A stretch of DNA of 33,329 nt from Anaeromyxobacter sp. (GTDB taxonomy: Bacteria > Myxococcota > Myxococcia > Myxococcales > Anaeromyxobacteraceae), in contig JBBIRX010000005.1 in the NCBI GenBank assembly GCA_037441575.1, positions 1 through 33,329 on the forward strand. Reading direction: 5' to 3'. Below are positions 9,324-17,758 of this stretch, in pieces. The stretch's first letter is position 1. Every line of letters begins with the position of its first letter. The notes under the pieces were generated by a model that ran no database searches, was not told the DNA's origin, and worked only from the letters and a program-made list of their open reading frames with translations. The position numbers and the translations under genes are program-made.

Positions 9324-10298
9324 ATGGCCACCAGGAAGCGCCCCGTCACCAAGTCCGGAAAGCCCCGTGCCCGCAAGGGCGTCAAGCTCAAGCCCACCGA
9401 GCTGACCGCCAAGGATCTCAAGCTCGACGCCCCGCCGCCCGAGGTGGCGGCGCTGGCGGCGGCGGTGGAGGCCGACGGGGGCGCGGTGCTGGCCACCTAC
9501 CGCGAGCCGCTCGGCGGCCACGCCCTGCTGCTCACCGCGCTCCCGGTGGACCGGGTGGAGCGCACGCCGTTCCAGCGCGACGTCTCCGACGGCCACGTCC
9601 GCCGGCTCACCATCGCCATGGACAAGACCCGGCGCTACCTCGACCCCATCATCGCCACCCGCGAGGCCGACGGCCGGTACCTGACGCCCAACGGCGGCCA
9701 CCGGCTCACCGCGCTGAAGGAGCTGGGGGCCAGGGCGGTGCTGGCGCTGCTGGTGCCGGAGCGCGAGGTGGCCTACCAGATCCTCGCCCTCAACATCGAG
9801 AAGGCCCACAACCTGCGCGAGAAGGCGCTGGAGGTGGCGCGCATGTACCACGACCTGGCCGGCTCGCTCGATCCCAGGGAGACCGAGATGGAGCTGCAGT
9901 TCGAGGAGGCGGCGCTGGTGACGCTGGGCTTCGCCTACGAGGAGCGCGGCCGGCTCTCCGGCTCGGCCTACGCCCCCATCCTGCGCAAGGTGGACGGGCT
10001 GCTGGCCCAGCCGCTCTCCAAGGCCACCGAGGAGCGGCGGCGGCGGGCCGGGCTGGTGCTGGCCTTCGACGAGGCGGTGAGCGGCGCGGTGGCGCGGCTC
10101 AAGGCCAAGGGGTTCGACTCTCCGTACCTGAAGGCCTTCGTGGTGGCGCGGGTCAACCAGCTGCGCTTCATGAAGGGCGAGCCGCCGTCCATGGACGAGC
10201 TCTTCGCCACCATGACCAGGCGGGCGGCCGGCATGGACCCCGGGAAGATCAAGAGCGAGGACGTGGCGCGGAGCGGCGGCGCGCCGGAGGGCGAATAG
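9324..10298 (+). CDS. ParB/Srx N-terminal-domain protein (stand-alone, ParB-like nuclease/NTPase fold)
   Basis: Lys/Arg-rich N-terminus, then LPVDRVERTPFQRD...DPIIATREADGRYLTPNGGHRLTALKELG, a ParB-box-like / DGQHR-like core. The C-terminal 200 aa is unassigned. Confidence 0.65.
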   Translation: MATRKRPVTKSGKPRARKGVKLKPTELTAKDLKLDAPPPEVAALAAAVEADGGAVLATYREPLGGHALLLTALPVDRVERTPFQRDVSDGHVRRLTIAMDKTRRYLDPIIATREADGRYLTPNGGHRLTALKELGARAVLALLVPEREVAYQILALNIEKAHNLREKALEVARMYHDLAGSLDPRETEMELQFEEAALVTLGFAYEERGRLSGSAYAPILRKVDGLLAQPLSKATEERRRRAGLVLAFDEAVSGAVARLKAKGFDSPYLKAFVVARVNQLRFMKGEPPSMDELFATMTRRAAGMDPGKIKSEDVARSGGAPEGE

Positions 10299-10315
10299 GC
10301 GCGCGGGCCGTGTTT

Positions 10316-10373
10316 ACCGCCCGGCGGCCTTGACCGCCGGCCTGCGTCACCGCCCGGCGGCCTTGACCGCCGG
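10316..10373. repeat. Tandem 25-bp direct repeat (period 33), each copy a GC hairpin, at the rlmE 3' end
   Basis: accgcccggcggccttgaccgccgg occurs at 10316-10340 and again at 10349-10373. Each copy contains ccggcgg-ccttga-ccgccgg (7-bp stem). Confidence 0.85.
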
Positions 10374-10973
10374 GCCGTGCTTGTGGCCGAGCGCGACCAG
10401 GAAGCACTCGTAGCTGCGCTCGCGGGTGGCCTGCGGCCGCACGATGTGGACCTTCTCGAAGCGGTCCTGCAGCTCCTTCTTGAAGATGGCGAAGTCGCCA
10501 CCCACGAAGACCTTGGTGACGAAGGCCCCGCCCCGCCGGAGCACCTGCCCGGCCACGCCCAGCGCCATGCGGCACAGCTCCAGCGAGCGGGCCTCGTCGG
10601 TCACCTTGATGCCGATGGTCTTGGGCGCCATGTCGCTGGTGACCAGGTCGTACGGGCCGGGGTGGAGCAGCCGGATCCGATCCAGGGCGTCGGGCTGGAG
10701 CAGGTCGACCACCGCGGTCTTCACCCAGGGCTGCGGGAGGCGGCGGATCTCGACGAGGTCGACGCCCACGGCGACGCCCTTCTCGCCCACCACCTCGGCC
10801 AGGATCTGCAGGAAGCCGCCCGGCGCGGCGCCCAGGTCGAGCACCGCCTGGCCCTTCCTGAGCACGCGGTGGCGCTCCAGGATCTCGTCGATCTTGAAGG
10901 CCGAGCGGGCCCGGTAGCCGGCCTTCTTGGCCTGGCGGAAGTAGAAATCCTTGGGATCGTAGGGCTTCGACAT
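10347..10973 (-). CDS. rlmE: 23S rRNA (uridine-2'-O)-methyltransferase RlmE/FtsJ
   Basis: MSKPYDPKDFYFRQAKKAGYRARSAFKIDEI, SAM motif DLGAAPGG, DLVTSDMAP. ATG at 10973. The longer ORF upstream to 11495 is not supported. Confidence 0.9.
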   Translation of the reverse strand: MSKPYDPKDFYFRQAKKAGYRARSAFKIDEILERHRVLRKGQAVLDLGAAPGGFLQILAEVVGEKGVAVGVDLVEIRRLPQPWVKTAVVDLLQPDALDRIRLLHPGPYDLVTSDMAPKTIGIKVTDEARSLELCRMALGVAGQVLRRGGAFVTKVFVGGDFAIFKKELQDRFEKVHIVRPQATRERSYECFLVALGHKHGPAVKAAGR

Positions 10974-11056
10974 GTCGGCGTGACCTGGAGGGTTTCCGGC
11001 GGCGAGGGCCCATCCTGCGCGGCGGCGGGCCCGAGTCAAGTCGCGGCGTTGCGTCC

Positions 11057-11085
11057 TTGACTCACGCCAAGCCCCATCGGATAAA
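11057..11085 (+). promoter_or_regulatory. Candidate sigma-70 promoter of the ferredoxin gene
   Basis: TTGACT (11057-11062), 17 nt, GATAAA (11080-11085). The -35 box is one arm of an 8-bp inverted repeat (gagtcaag 11033-11040 / cttgactc 11056-11063), which also places a TTGACT on the minus strand facing rlmE. Confidence 0.3.
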
Positions 11086-11141
11086 CCGCTCGTCTCCTTC
11101 ACACGCAGGACGCCCCCGGGCGGCAAACAGAGGACATCGCC

Positions 11142-11447
11142 ATGGCCACCACGATCACGGAAGAGTGCATCAACTGCGGGGCTTGTGAGCCGGAGTGCCC
11201 CAACGGCGCCATCAGCCAGGGCGACGACATCTACGTGATCGACCCGAAGCTCTGCACCGAGTGCGTGGGCTTCCACGACGAGGAGGCCTGCGCGGCGGTG
11301 TGCCCGGTCGACTGCTGCGTGCAGGACCCCAACAACGTCGAGGACGAGGCCACCCTGTACGGCCGCCTGGCCACCGTGCACCAGGGCAAGGAGTTCCCGC
11401 CCCTGGCGTCGCTCCCGGCCAACCTCTCCCGCTTCCGCAAGAAGTAG
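11142..11447 (+). CDS. 4Fe-4S dicluster ferredoxin (YfhL-like)
   Basis: CINCGACEPECP and CTECVGFHDEEACAAVCP cluster motifs. Confidence 0.9.
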   Translation: MATTITEECINCGACEPECPNGAISQGDDIYVIDPKLCTECVGFHDEEACAAVCPVDCCVQDPNNVEDEATLYGRLATVHQGKEFPPLASLPANLSRFRKK

Positions 11448-11475
11448 GACGCTTCCCCACCGCCTCCGCGGGCCT

Positions 11476-11518
11476 CGACGCCTCGCGTGCCACACGGCGC
11501 GCGGGGCGTCGGCGTTTT
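11476..11518 (+). terminator. Rho-independent terminator after the ferredoxin gene
   Basis: GC hairpin: cgacgcc 11476-11482 pairs with ggcgtcg 11505-11511, with an additional inner stem. Followed by TTTT at 11515-11518. Confidence 0.5.
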
Positions 11519-11543
11519 ATGTACTGGGCCGGAGGAGCCACCC

Positions 11544-13196
11544 TTGTCCGACATCCTGAGCGGCGGCCGCCTGGTCGCCCGCATGCTGAAGAAGGAAGGC
11601 GTCACCACCGCCTTCACCCTCTCCGGGCTGCACATCGCCCCCATCTACGCCGGGTGCGTCGACGAGGGGATCCGGCTCATCGACACCCGCCACGAGCAGG
11701 CCGCCGCGCACGCCGCCGACGCCTGGGCCCGGCTCACCCGCGGCGTGGGGGTGGCCATGGTCACCGCCGGTCCGGGCGTCACCGACGCGGTGACCGGCGT
11801 GGCCAACGCCTTCAGCGCCGGGGTGCCGCTGCTGCTGCTGGGCGGCGCCGCCCCCACCTTCAACCAGGGGCGCGGGGCGCTGCAGGAGATGCCGCAGACC
11901 CAGCTCTTCGCCGGCATCACCAAGTGGTCGGACCGGGTGCCCTCGCCCGAGCTCATCCCCACCTACCTGGCCAAGGCCTTCCGGGTGGCGCGCGCCGGCC
12001 GGCCCGGCCCGGTCTTCCTGGAGCTGCCCTGGGACGTCCTCTCCAACGGCGCCGACGAGGCGCTGGCCGACGCCCAGACCCGCTACCGCACCGAGGCGCG
12101 CAGCCCCGGCGACCCGGTCCAGGTGGTGGCGGCGAAGGCGCTGCTGGCGCGCGCCGCGCGGCCGGTGGTGCTGGCCGGCTCCTCGATCTGGTGGGACGGC
12201 GCCTCCGACGCGCTGCGCGAGCTGGCCGACTCGACCGGCGTGCCGGTCTACCTGAACGGGATGGGGCGCGGCTGCCTGCAGGGCGATCACCCCAGCTTCC
12301 TGCAGCTCTCGCGCAAGGAGGCGCTCTCGCGCGCCGACGTGGTGCTGGTGGTGGGGACGCCGCTCGACTTCCGCGTCGGCTACGGCGCCGAGCCCACCTT
12401 CGCCGCCGACGCGCGCGTCATCCAGGTGGACGTGGACGGCTCCGACATCGGCCGGAACCGGCCGGTGGAGGTGGGGATCATCGGCGACTCGCGCTCGGTG
12501 CTGGAGCAGCTCCGCAGCGGCGCCACGCGCTGGGGCCCGGCCTCCTGGCTGGCCGAGCTGCGGGCGGCCGAGACCCGGCGGCGCGAGCAGCAGGCGGCCT
12601 TCGAGCTGAGCGACCAGCGCCCCATCCACCACTTCCGGCTGGCCCGGGCGCTCGACGAGGTGGCCGCGCGCATGGGCGACGTCACCTTCGTGGGCGACGG
12701 CGGCAACGTGGTGGCGGTGGCCGCCAAGGTGCTCAAGGTGGGCGGCCCTGGGCGCTGGCTCGACCCCGGCCCGCTCGGCTGCCTGGGGGTGGGCGCGCCG
12801 TTCGCCATCGCCGCCAAGCTGCTCTACCCGAAGCGCCACGTCTGCGTGGTGCAGGGGGACGGCGCCTTCGGCCTGAACGGCATGGACTTCGAGACCGCGG
12901 TCCGCTTCAACCTGCCCATGGTGGTGGTGGTCGGCAACGACGCCGCCTGGGGGCAGATCATGGTCCCCCAGCGGGCCATGTACGGCGAGGAGAAGTCGCC
13001 GGCCACCACGCTGGCCCCCACCCGTTACGACCTGGTGGTGAAGGCGCTGGGCGGCGACGGCGAGCACGTGGACGATCCGTCGCAGCTGGTCCCGGCGCTG
13101 ACGCGGGCCTTCGAGAGCGGCAAGGTGTACTGCGTCGACGTGTCCATCGACCCCGAGGCCGCGGCCGCCAGCGGCTCGGCTGGGTACGCCGTCTAG
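11544..13196 (+). CDS. Thiamine-diphosphate-dependent enzyme (acetolactate synthase / oxalyl-CoA decarboxylase-like)
   Basis: N-terminal Pyr domain (HEQAAAHAADAWARLTRGVGVAMVTAGPGVTD) and ThDP motif GDGAFG...VVVGNDAAWG. TTG at 11544 sits 7 nt after GGAGGAG. ATG at 11487 lies inside the upstream terminator hairpin. Confidence 0.8.
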   Translation: MSDILSGGRLVARMLKKEGVTTAFTLSGLHIAPIYAGCVDEGIRLIDTRHEQAAAHAADAWARLTRGVGVAMVTAGPGVTDAVTGVANAFSAGVPLLLLGGAAPTFNQGRGALQEMPQTQLFAGITKWSDRVPSPELIPTYLAKAFRVARAGRPGPVFLELPWDVLSNGADEALADAQTRYRTEARSPGDPVQVVAAKALLARAARPVVLAGSSIWWDGASDALRELADSTGVPVYLNGMGRGCLQGDHPSFLQLSRKEALSRADVVLVVGTPLDFRVGYGAEPTFAADARVIQVDVDGSDIGRNRPVEVGIIGDSRSVLEQLRSGATRWGPASWLAELRAAETRRREQQAAFELSDQRPIHHFRLARALDEVAARMGDVTFVGDGGNVVAVAAKVLKVGGPGRWLDPGPLGCLGVGAPFAIAAKLLYPKRHVCVVQGDGAFGLNGMDFETAVRFNLPMVVVVGNDAAWGQIMVPQRAMYGEEKSPATTLAPTRYDLVVKALGGDGEHVDDPSQLVPALTRAFESGKVYCVDVSIDPEAAAASGSAGYAV

Positions 13197-13282
13197 CGGA
13201 CGGGCCGGGTTGGTGCGAGCATCCGCACGGTCCGGCTGACGCCGGCCCGCGAGCGGCCCATCCCGGGCCGAGGGGGATCTGG

Positions 13283-14041
13283 ATGCGCACCATGATGATC
13301 GGCGGGCTGGCCCTGGCGCTGGCCGGCTGCGGCATCAGCCGGGAGCAGTACGCCGCCAAGGAGTCGGAGGCGGCCAAGTACCAGAAGCTCTACGACGACC
13401 AGGTCACCAAGTCCGCCGCCCTGGACGTTGAGCTGACAGCCGCGCAGGCCAGGATGAAGGAGATCGAGGAGGAGAGGGCGGCGGCGCCCGCGCCGGCAGC
13501 CGCCGCGCCCGCGACGCCTGCGGCGCCCGTGGCCTCGGCCGACACCGGACCACAGCGCGAGCAGCTGAGCCGGGCGCTGGAGCGCCACATCAGGACCGGC
13601 CAGGTGGAGATCACCGAGGGCCGGGGCAAGCTGGTCGTGAAGGTGAAGGACCGGATCCTCTTCCCGCCCGGGCTGGCGGTGCTGGGCAAGGACGGCCGCA
13701 AGGCGCTCGACGCGGTGGCCGACGCGTTCAAGGGGCTGCGCGACCGGAGCGTGACCGTGACCGGCTACACCGACAACGCCAGGCTGGCGAAGCCCGGGCC
13801 GTACAAGGACAACTGGGAGCTCTCCACCGCCCGGGCCATCGCCGTGGTCCGCTACCTGGCCTTCAAGGGCGTGGACCCGGCCATGCTGGGCGCGGGCGGG
13901 TACTCGCAGTACCGGCCGGTGGCCCCCAACGACACCGCCGCCAACCGGAGCCTCAACCGGCGCATCGAGATCGCCCTGAGCGCGTCGGACTATGTGCCGC
14001 CCGCGGTCGAGGCCCCGAGGAAGGCGGTCCCGCGGAGGTAG
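13283..14041 (+). CDS. OmpA/MotB-domain lipoprotein
   Basis: Lipobox LALAGC, coiled-coil and Ala/Pro linker, OmpA C-terminal domain (TGYTDN, NWELSTARA, NRRIEI). Confidence 0.85.
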   Translation: MRTMMIGGLALALAGCGISREQYAAKESEAAKYQKLYDDQVTKSAALDVELTAAQARMKEIEEERAAAPAPAAAAPATPAAPVASADTGPQREQLSRALERHIRTGQVEITEGRGKLVVKVKDRILFPPGLAVLGKDGRKALDAVADAFKGLRDRSVTVTGYTDNARLAKPGPYKDNWELSTARAIAVVRYLAFKGVDPAMLGAGGYSQYRPVAPNDTAANRSLNRRIEIALSASDYVPPAVEAPRKAVPRR

Positions 14042-14139
14042 GGGGGCGGGCCGGGAGGGTCCCCCGGGAGGCCGCAACCTGCCGGGATCCGGTTGACCCG
14101 ACGGGGCCCCGATGCTACGTACGCCGTCCCTGCAGCACC

Positions 14140-14216
<77 letters not shown>

Positions 14217-14218
14217 TT

Positions 14219-14266
14219 CGAAGGCCCTGACGTCTCTCGGGAAACCGGGTTGCGTCAGGGCCTTCG
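14219..14266 (+). terminator. Stem-loop downstream of tRNA-Pro (terminator-like)
   Basis: 14-bp stem cgaaggccctgacg / cgtcagggccttcg, 20-nt loop containing ctcgggaaaccg, then a weak T tract (ccttt). Confidence 0.45.
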
Positions 14267-14349
14267 CCTTTGGAGCCTGCTGGCCGAGTGGCTGCACGGG
14301 AGCAGCAATCGGACCACGGCATCTCGCGGAACGGCCCCCGGAGGGCGCC

Positions 14350-15000
14350 ATGACCACCCGCAGGCTCTACCGCCCCGTCGGCCTCCGCGAGCTGGAGCTC
14401 GTGCTCGACGCCGACTCCCGGGCGTTTCCCCCGCGCCTCCCGGCGCAGTCGATCTTCTACCCGGTGATGAACGGGGATTACGCCGCCCAGATCGCCCGCG
14501 AGTGGAACCCCACCGACGCGGCCTCCGGGTTCGCGGGCTTCGTCACCGAGTTCGACGTCGACGCCGATTACCTCTCCCGGTTCGAGATCGAGACCGTCGG
14601 CGCGAGCCGGCACCAGGAGCTCTGGGTCCCGGCCGAGGAGCTGCCGACCTTCAACGGCCACATCCGCTCTCGGGTGCGGACCACGAGCGCGTTCTACGGC
14701 CCCGCCTACGAGGGCCCGGTGCCGCTCCCGCTCCTCGTGAGGTCGCGCAACCCGCGCGAGCAGCTCAAGGTCCTGCACGCGGCCCTGGGGTACAACGGGA
14801 TGGACTTCGGCATGGAGGTCGCCGCCAACTGGAAGCTCGTGGTGGCCAACTTCGGGCTCTGGTCCGCCACGGCGCCCGGCGAGCAGGGACTCGCCCCGCC
14901 GGACGCCGCGCGAACCCTCTCGGCCGTCAAGACGATCTGGGACCAGCGTCATCCCGACCTGCCGCTCCCCGTCGGCGCGCTCGTGACCGGGCGGACGTAG
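14350..15000 (+). CDS. Hypothetical protein, 216 aa (islet cargo 1)
   Basis: ATG 4 nt after GGAGGG. Clean ORF with non-repetitive composition (LYRPVGLRELELV..., IFYPVMNGDYAAQIAREWN..., HQELWVPAEELPTFNGHI). I cannot place it in a named family from memory. Confidence 0.65.
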   Translation: MTTRRLYRPVGLRELELVLDADSRAFPPRLPAQSIFYPVMNGDYAAQIAREWNPTDAASGFAGFVTEFDVDADYLSRFEIETVGASRHQELWVPAEELPTFNGHIRSRVRTTSAFYGPAYEGPVPLPLLVRSRNPREQLKVLHAALGYNGMDFGMEVAANWKLVVANFGLWSATAPGEQGLAPPDAARTLSAVKTIWDQRHPDLPLPVGALVTGRT

Positions 15001-15284
15001 CTGGCGTCTCGGTCGGGGAGTTGCTGGACGCGTCAATCCGCAGCCAGCGCGCGACAACTGCCTTGACACTCAATGCCCGGCAGACCGTATTGGACCAGAC
15101 GCATGGTGTGGCCACCATGATCGGCGTGCCCGGCACCCCTATCGCTGCCGACGTTGTCGGGCTCGACCAACTTGTCGCGGGGTACGTCATCCGCCTTCTG
15201 GCGCTCCCCTCACACCGCCGAAGCCCCGGTTCAGTGTCGCGCGCAGCACTGGTACAAGAAATCCTTTCGGTCCCGGAGGTTCCT

Positions 15285-16811
15285 GTGACGGTCCGCCTCA
15301 CCGCTCCGGCCGCAGCCATGGTCGCGGCCTTGGCCGCATGCAGCCACTCGCCTGCGCCGGAAGGTACCCCGCCCGCCGAAGCTTGGCTCGTGGCCGCTTC
15401 CGCTACCCTGCTCAGCGCTCCGTCGGTCGGCGCCCCCAGCCTCGCAGTGATCGACCCGAGATTTCCGGGCGCCGGATTGCAGGTGGTCGAGCCCGGCGAC
15501 GTGACCATCTGGTCCGCCAGCGCGTTTACGCTCGGGGCCCCGGGCTGGCGCGGCGACGAACTCCTGGCCTACATGAAGGACGATGGCACCGGCGGGCTGG
15601 CGCTCTACACCGCCAGCCTCCGCCGCGCGGACGGGCCTCCAGCGCCGATCCGCTGCTCGACCTGGAGCGGCACGCCCTCAAGCCTGTGCACCCACTGGCC
15701 GGCTCCAGATCACCTGCGACCGGAACACGGCGCCTTCGTCGTTCACGAGGTTGGACCGTCCGGCGACTGCCGTGACACCGATGGCCACTACTGGTTGATC
15801 CCCCTCGACGCGCCCCCCGATGCCTCGCCGACAGCGCTCCCCCCATTTGAGAGCTTCCAGGGTGGGCTGGAGCGCGCCGACGGAAGCCTGGCCGGGCTGA
15901 TCTTCTCCGACGCCGGGGGGTGCTTCGTGCTGGCGGCAAGCGGCGACCCGGCGACGCGTGCGGAGGTGGGCGGCGCAAGCCCCTGCTACGTCCTCGATCG
16001 GCGCCCGGGCGGCGCCTGGATCTCGGCTGGGGGCTCGCTCCTCTGGCTGGACGCCGCCACGCTGACCGCCGCCGCACCAGGGGGCGTGCCGGTCGCCATC
16101 GACGGCTTCACCCGGGCCAGCGACGACGACGACCTCTACTTCCTCCACGCCGACACCGCGGGCGTGGCGGCCTGGCGTGCCCAGCACGACGGGCGAGCGG
16201 CCGCCGGGCGGCTCGGCGATGTCCCCGGCGCCTTCACGCTCTCGGTCACCAGGACTGCCCTGGTCGCCGGCGTCAGGGGGGATGCCGCCACGCCGCCGGT
16301 GCTCCTCGCCCTCCCCAAGGCGGGAGGCATCGCCACCGAGCTCTACCGCTCTCCGGTGGCCCAGGCGTCTATCTTGGCGGTGGAGGCCAACCCAGGCAGC
16401 GATCAGGTCTACCTGACCGACCACGGCGACGGCACGGCCGTCACGCTGCGGGCCGATGGCCGCGGGCTCGCCCAATTCGGCGATCGGAGCCTCCCGTCCT
16501 GGTTCAGCTGCGACGTCCCCGACTACTGGCGCCCGGCCGGCCGCCGCTGCCTCCTCGCAGAGGCCAGCGGTGGCGTCCAGGTGCTTCGCAGCTTCGACGC
16601 CGCAGACGGCCACGAGGTGGCTCGCCTTGGCGAGGTGCCGGCCGGCTACGCCGACGGTCTCCGCACGTTCGGGGCGGCCGGGACGTTGGCGCTCGTCGAA
16701 GTCTACTCGATGTCGCCCAGGGGCTTCGGGTTGCTCCTCGTCGACACCGAGCAGGCTGGATCAGCGGTGCTCGTCTCGGAGGGGCTCATCCCGATCTGGT
16801 CGCCCTGGTAA
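15285..16811 (+). CDS. Hypothetical lipoprotein, about 508 aa (islet cargo 2)
   Basis: GTG 5 nt after GGAGG. Lipoprotein signal VTVRLTAPAAAMVAALAAC. Cys-containing Gly/Ala/Asp-rich body that looks beta-rich. No family recognised. The ORF is open further upstream across the tRNA, but that part is not credible. Confidence 0.6.
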   Translation: MTVRLTAPAAAMVAALAACSHSPAPEGTPPAEAWLVAASATLLSAPSVGAPSLAVIDPRFPGAGLQVVEPGDVTIWSASAFTLGAPGWRGDELLAYMKDDGTGGLALYTASLRRADGPPAPIRCSTWSGTPSSLCTHWPAPDHLRPEHGAFVVHEVGPSGDCRDTDGHYWLIPLDAPPDASPTALPPFESFQGGLERADGSLAGLIFSDAGGCFVLAASGDPATRAEVGGASPCYVLDRRPGGAWISAGGSLLWLDAATLTAAAPGGVPVAIDGFTRASDDDDLYFLHADTAGVAAWRAQHDGRAAAGRLGDVPGAFTLSVTRTALVAGVRGDAATPPVLLALPKAGGIATELYRSPVAQASILAVEANPGSDQVYLTDHGDGTAVTLRADGRGLAQFGDRSLPSWFSCDVPDYWRPAGRRCLLAEASGGVQVLRSFDAADGHEVARLGEVPAGYADGLRTFGAAGTLALVEVYSMSPRGFGLLLVDTEQAGSAVLVSEGLIPIWSPW

Positions 16812-16865
16812 CCGGCTGCCTCGGACCCTTCCTCAATCGGATGGTGGCCGGTGAGCCCCTGTCCG

Positions 16866-17291
16866 TCAGTGGCGGGCCCGCAGCTCCTTGAGGAAGTCTC
16901 CTGGCCGCACGACTAGGACGCCTCGCAGCCCGGCGAGGTCGAGCAGGTGACGGTCGAGCGTGACGAGGAACTCCGCCTTCCCCGCGAGCGCTGCAGCCAC
17001 CACCATGTCGTCTCCCGGGTCGGCAGGCACGGCGCCCGCTGCTGAACCTGCCTCTACGCGCTCGGCCGTTGCAACGATGGCATCTACGAACCTCTGCCGA
17101 TCCACCCGGGCGGCCTGGCGCCTCACCTGGGGATACTCGACGGCGCGGCGGTACTCCGCCTCCAGCTCGTCGGTGATGACCAACTCCACGACTCCGGCCG
17201 CGACCGCCTCGAGGACCACGCGGGAGGCCGACGCCGGATTGGGCGTGGCGAGGGCGGCAACGACCACGGACGAGTCGAGGACGACCCTCAC
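16866..17291 (-). CDS. PIN-domain toxin
   Basis: MRVVLDSSVVVAAL (first Asp), ELVITDELEAEY, DDMVVAAALAGKAEFLVTLDRHL. 4-nt overlap with the upstream gene. Confidence 0.8.
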   Translation of the reverse strand: MRVVLDSSVVVAALATPNPASASRVVLEAVAAGVVELVITDELEAEYRRAVEYPQVRRQAARVDRQRFVDAIVATAERVEAGSAAGAVPADPGDDMVVAAALAGKAEFLVTLDRHLLDLAGLRGVLVVRPGDFLKELRARH

Positions 17292-17551
17292 GCGCCGCCC
17301 TTTCTCGCCGCCCGGGCCGCCTCCTCACCCAGCCGCTCGGCGGCGGTGTCGGACGCGGCGCGGCCGGGAGGCAGGCGCGCCAGGAGTTTCCGCAGGTTCT
17401 CGCCGGCCGCCTCGCGGAGGACCGCTCGCGCCTTTTCCTCGGCCGCCTGGCGCAGGAACTCGGACGGCCGCTTGTCAACGACTTTGGCGGCGCGGCGGAC
17501 GAGGTCGCGCAGCGCCTTGGTGGTCCGGTAGGTCTCGACGGTCTTCGGCAT
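17288..17551 (-). CDS. Putative antitoxin (small, basic, helical; RHH or DUF1778-like)
   Basis: 87 aa, position and overlap typical of a type II antitoxin; ...DKRPSEFLRQAAEEKARAVL. Confidence 0.55.
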   Translation of the reverse strand: MPKTVETYRTTKALRDLVRRAAKVVDKRPSEFLRQAAEEKARAVLREAAGENLRKLLARLPPGRAASDTAAERLGEEAARAARKGGA

Positions 17552-17581
17552 GGCGAGCTCCGTGTTACGTTTGTCCCTATC

Positions 17582-17758
17582 CTACTCTTGCCGCCCCCTC
17601 CCACGCCACCCGTCCCCCTGTGCGGCGCCGAGCGCCCCTGGCAGGAACCGGATTTGCTTCCCGATCCGTACGTGCGCCAACCGCCCCTCGGCGACGAGCT
17701 TGTAGATCGTGGCCCTGGACACCCGGAGCCCCCGCGCAGCCTCGGCCACCGTGAGCAT
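17582..17758 (-). CDS. Excisionase-family (MerR-like) helix-turn-helix DNA-binding protein
   Basis: MLTVAEAARGLRVSRATIYKLVAEGRLAHVRIGKQIRFLPGAL matches the excisionase-family HTH pattern. An upstream in-frame start at 17821 is possible. Confidence 0.75.
   Translation of the reverse strand: MLTVAEAARGLRVSRATIYKLVAEGRLAHVRIGKQIRFLPGALGAAQGDGWRGRGRQE

Noticed and set aside
11195-14041. 948-aa plus-strand ORF
   Set aside because: It overlaps the ferredoxin and ThDP-enzyme genes out of frame with Arg/Gly/Pro junk. Only the final 252 codons (OmpA-family lipoprotein from 13283) are credible.
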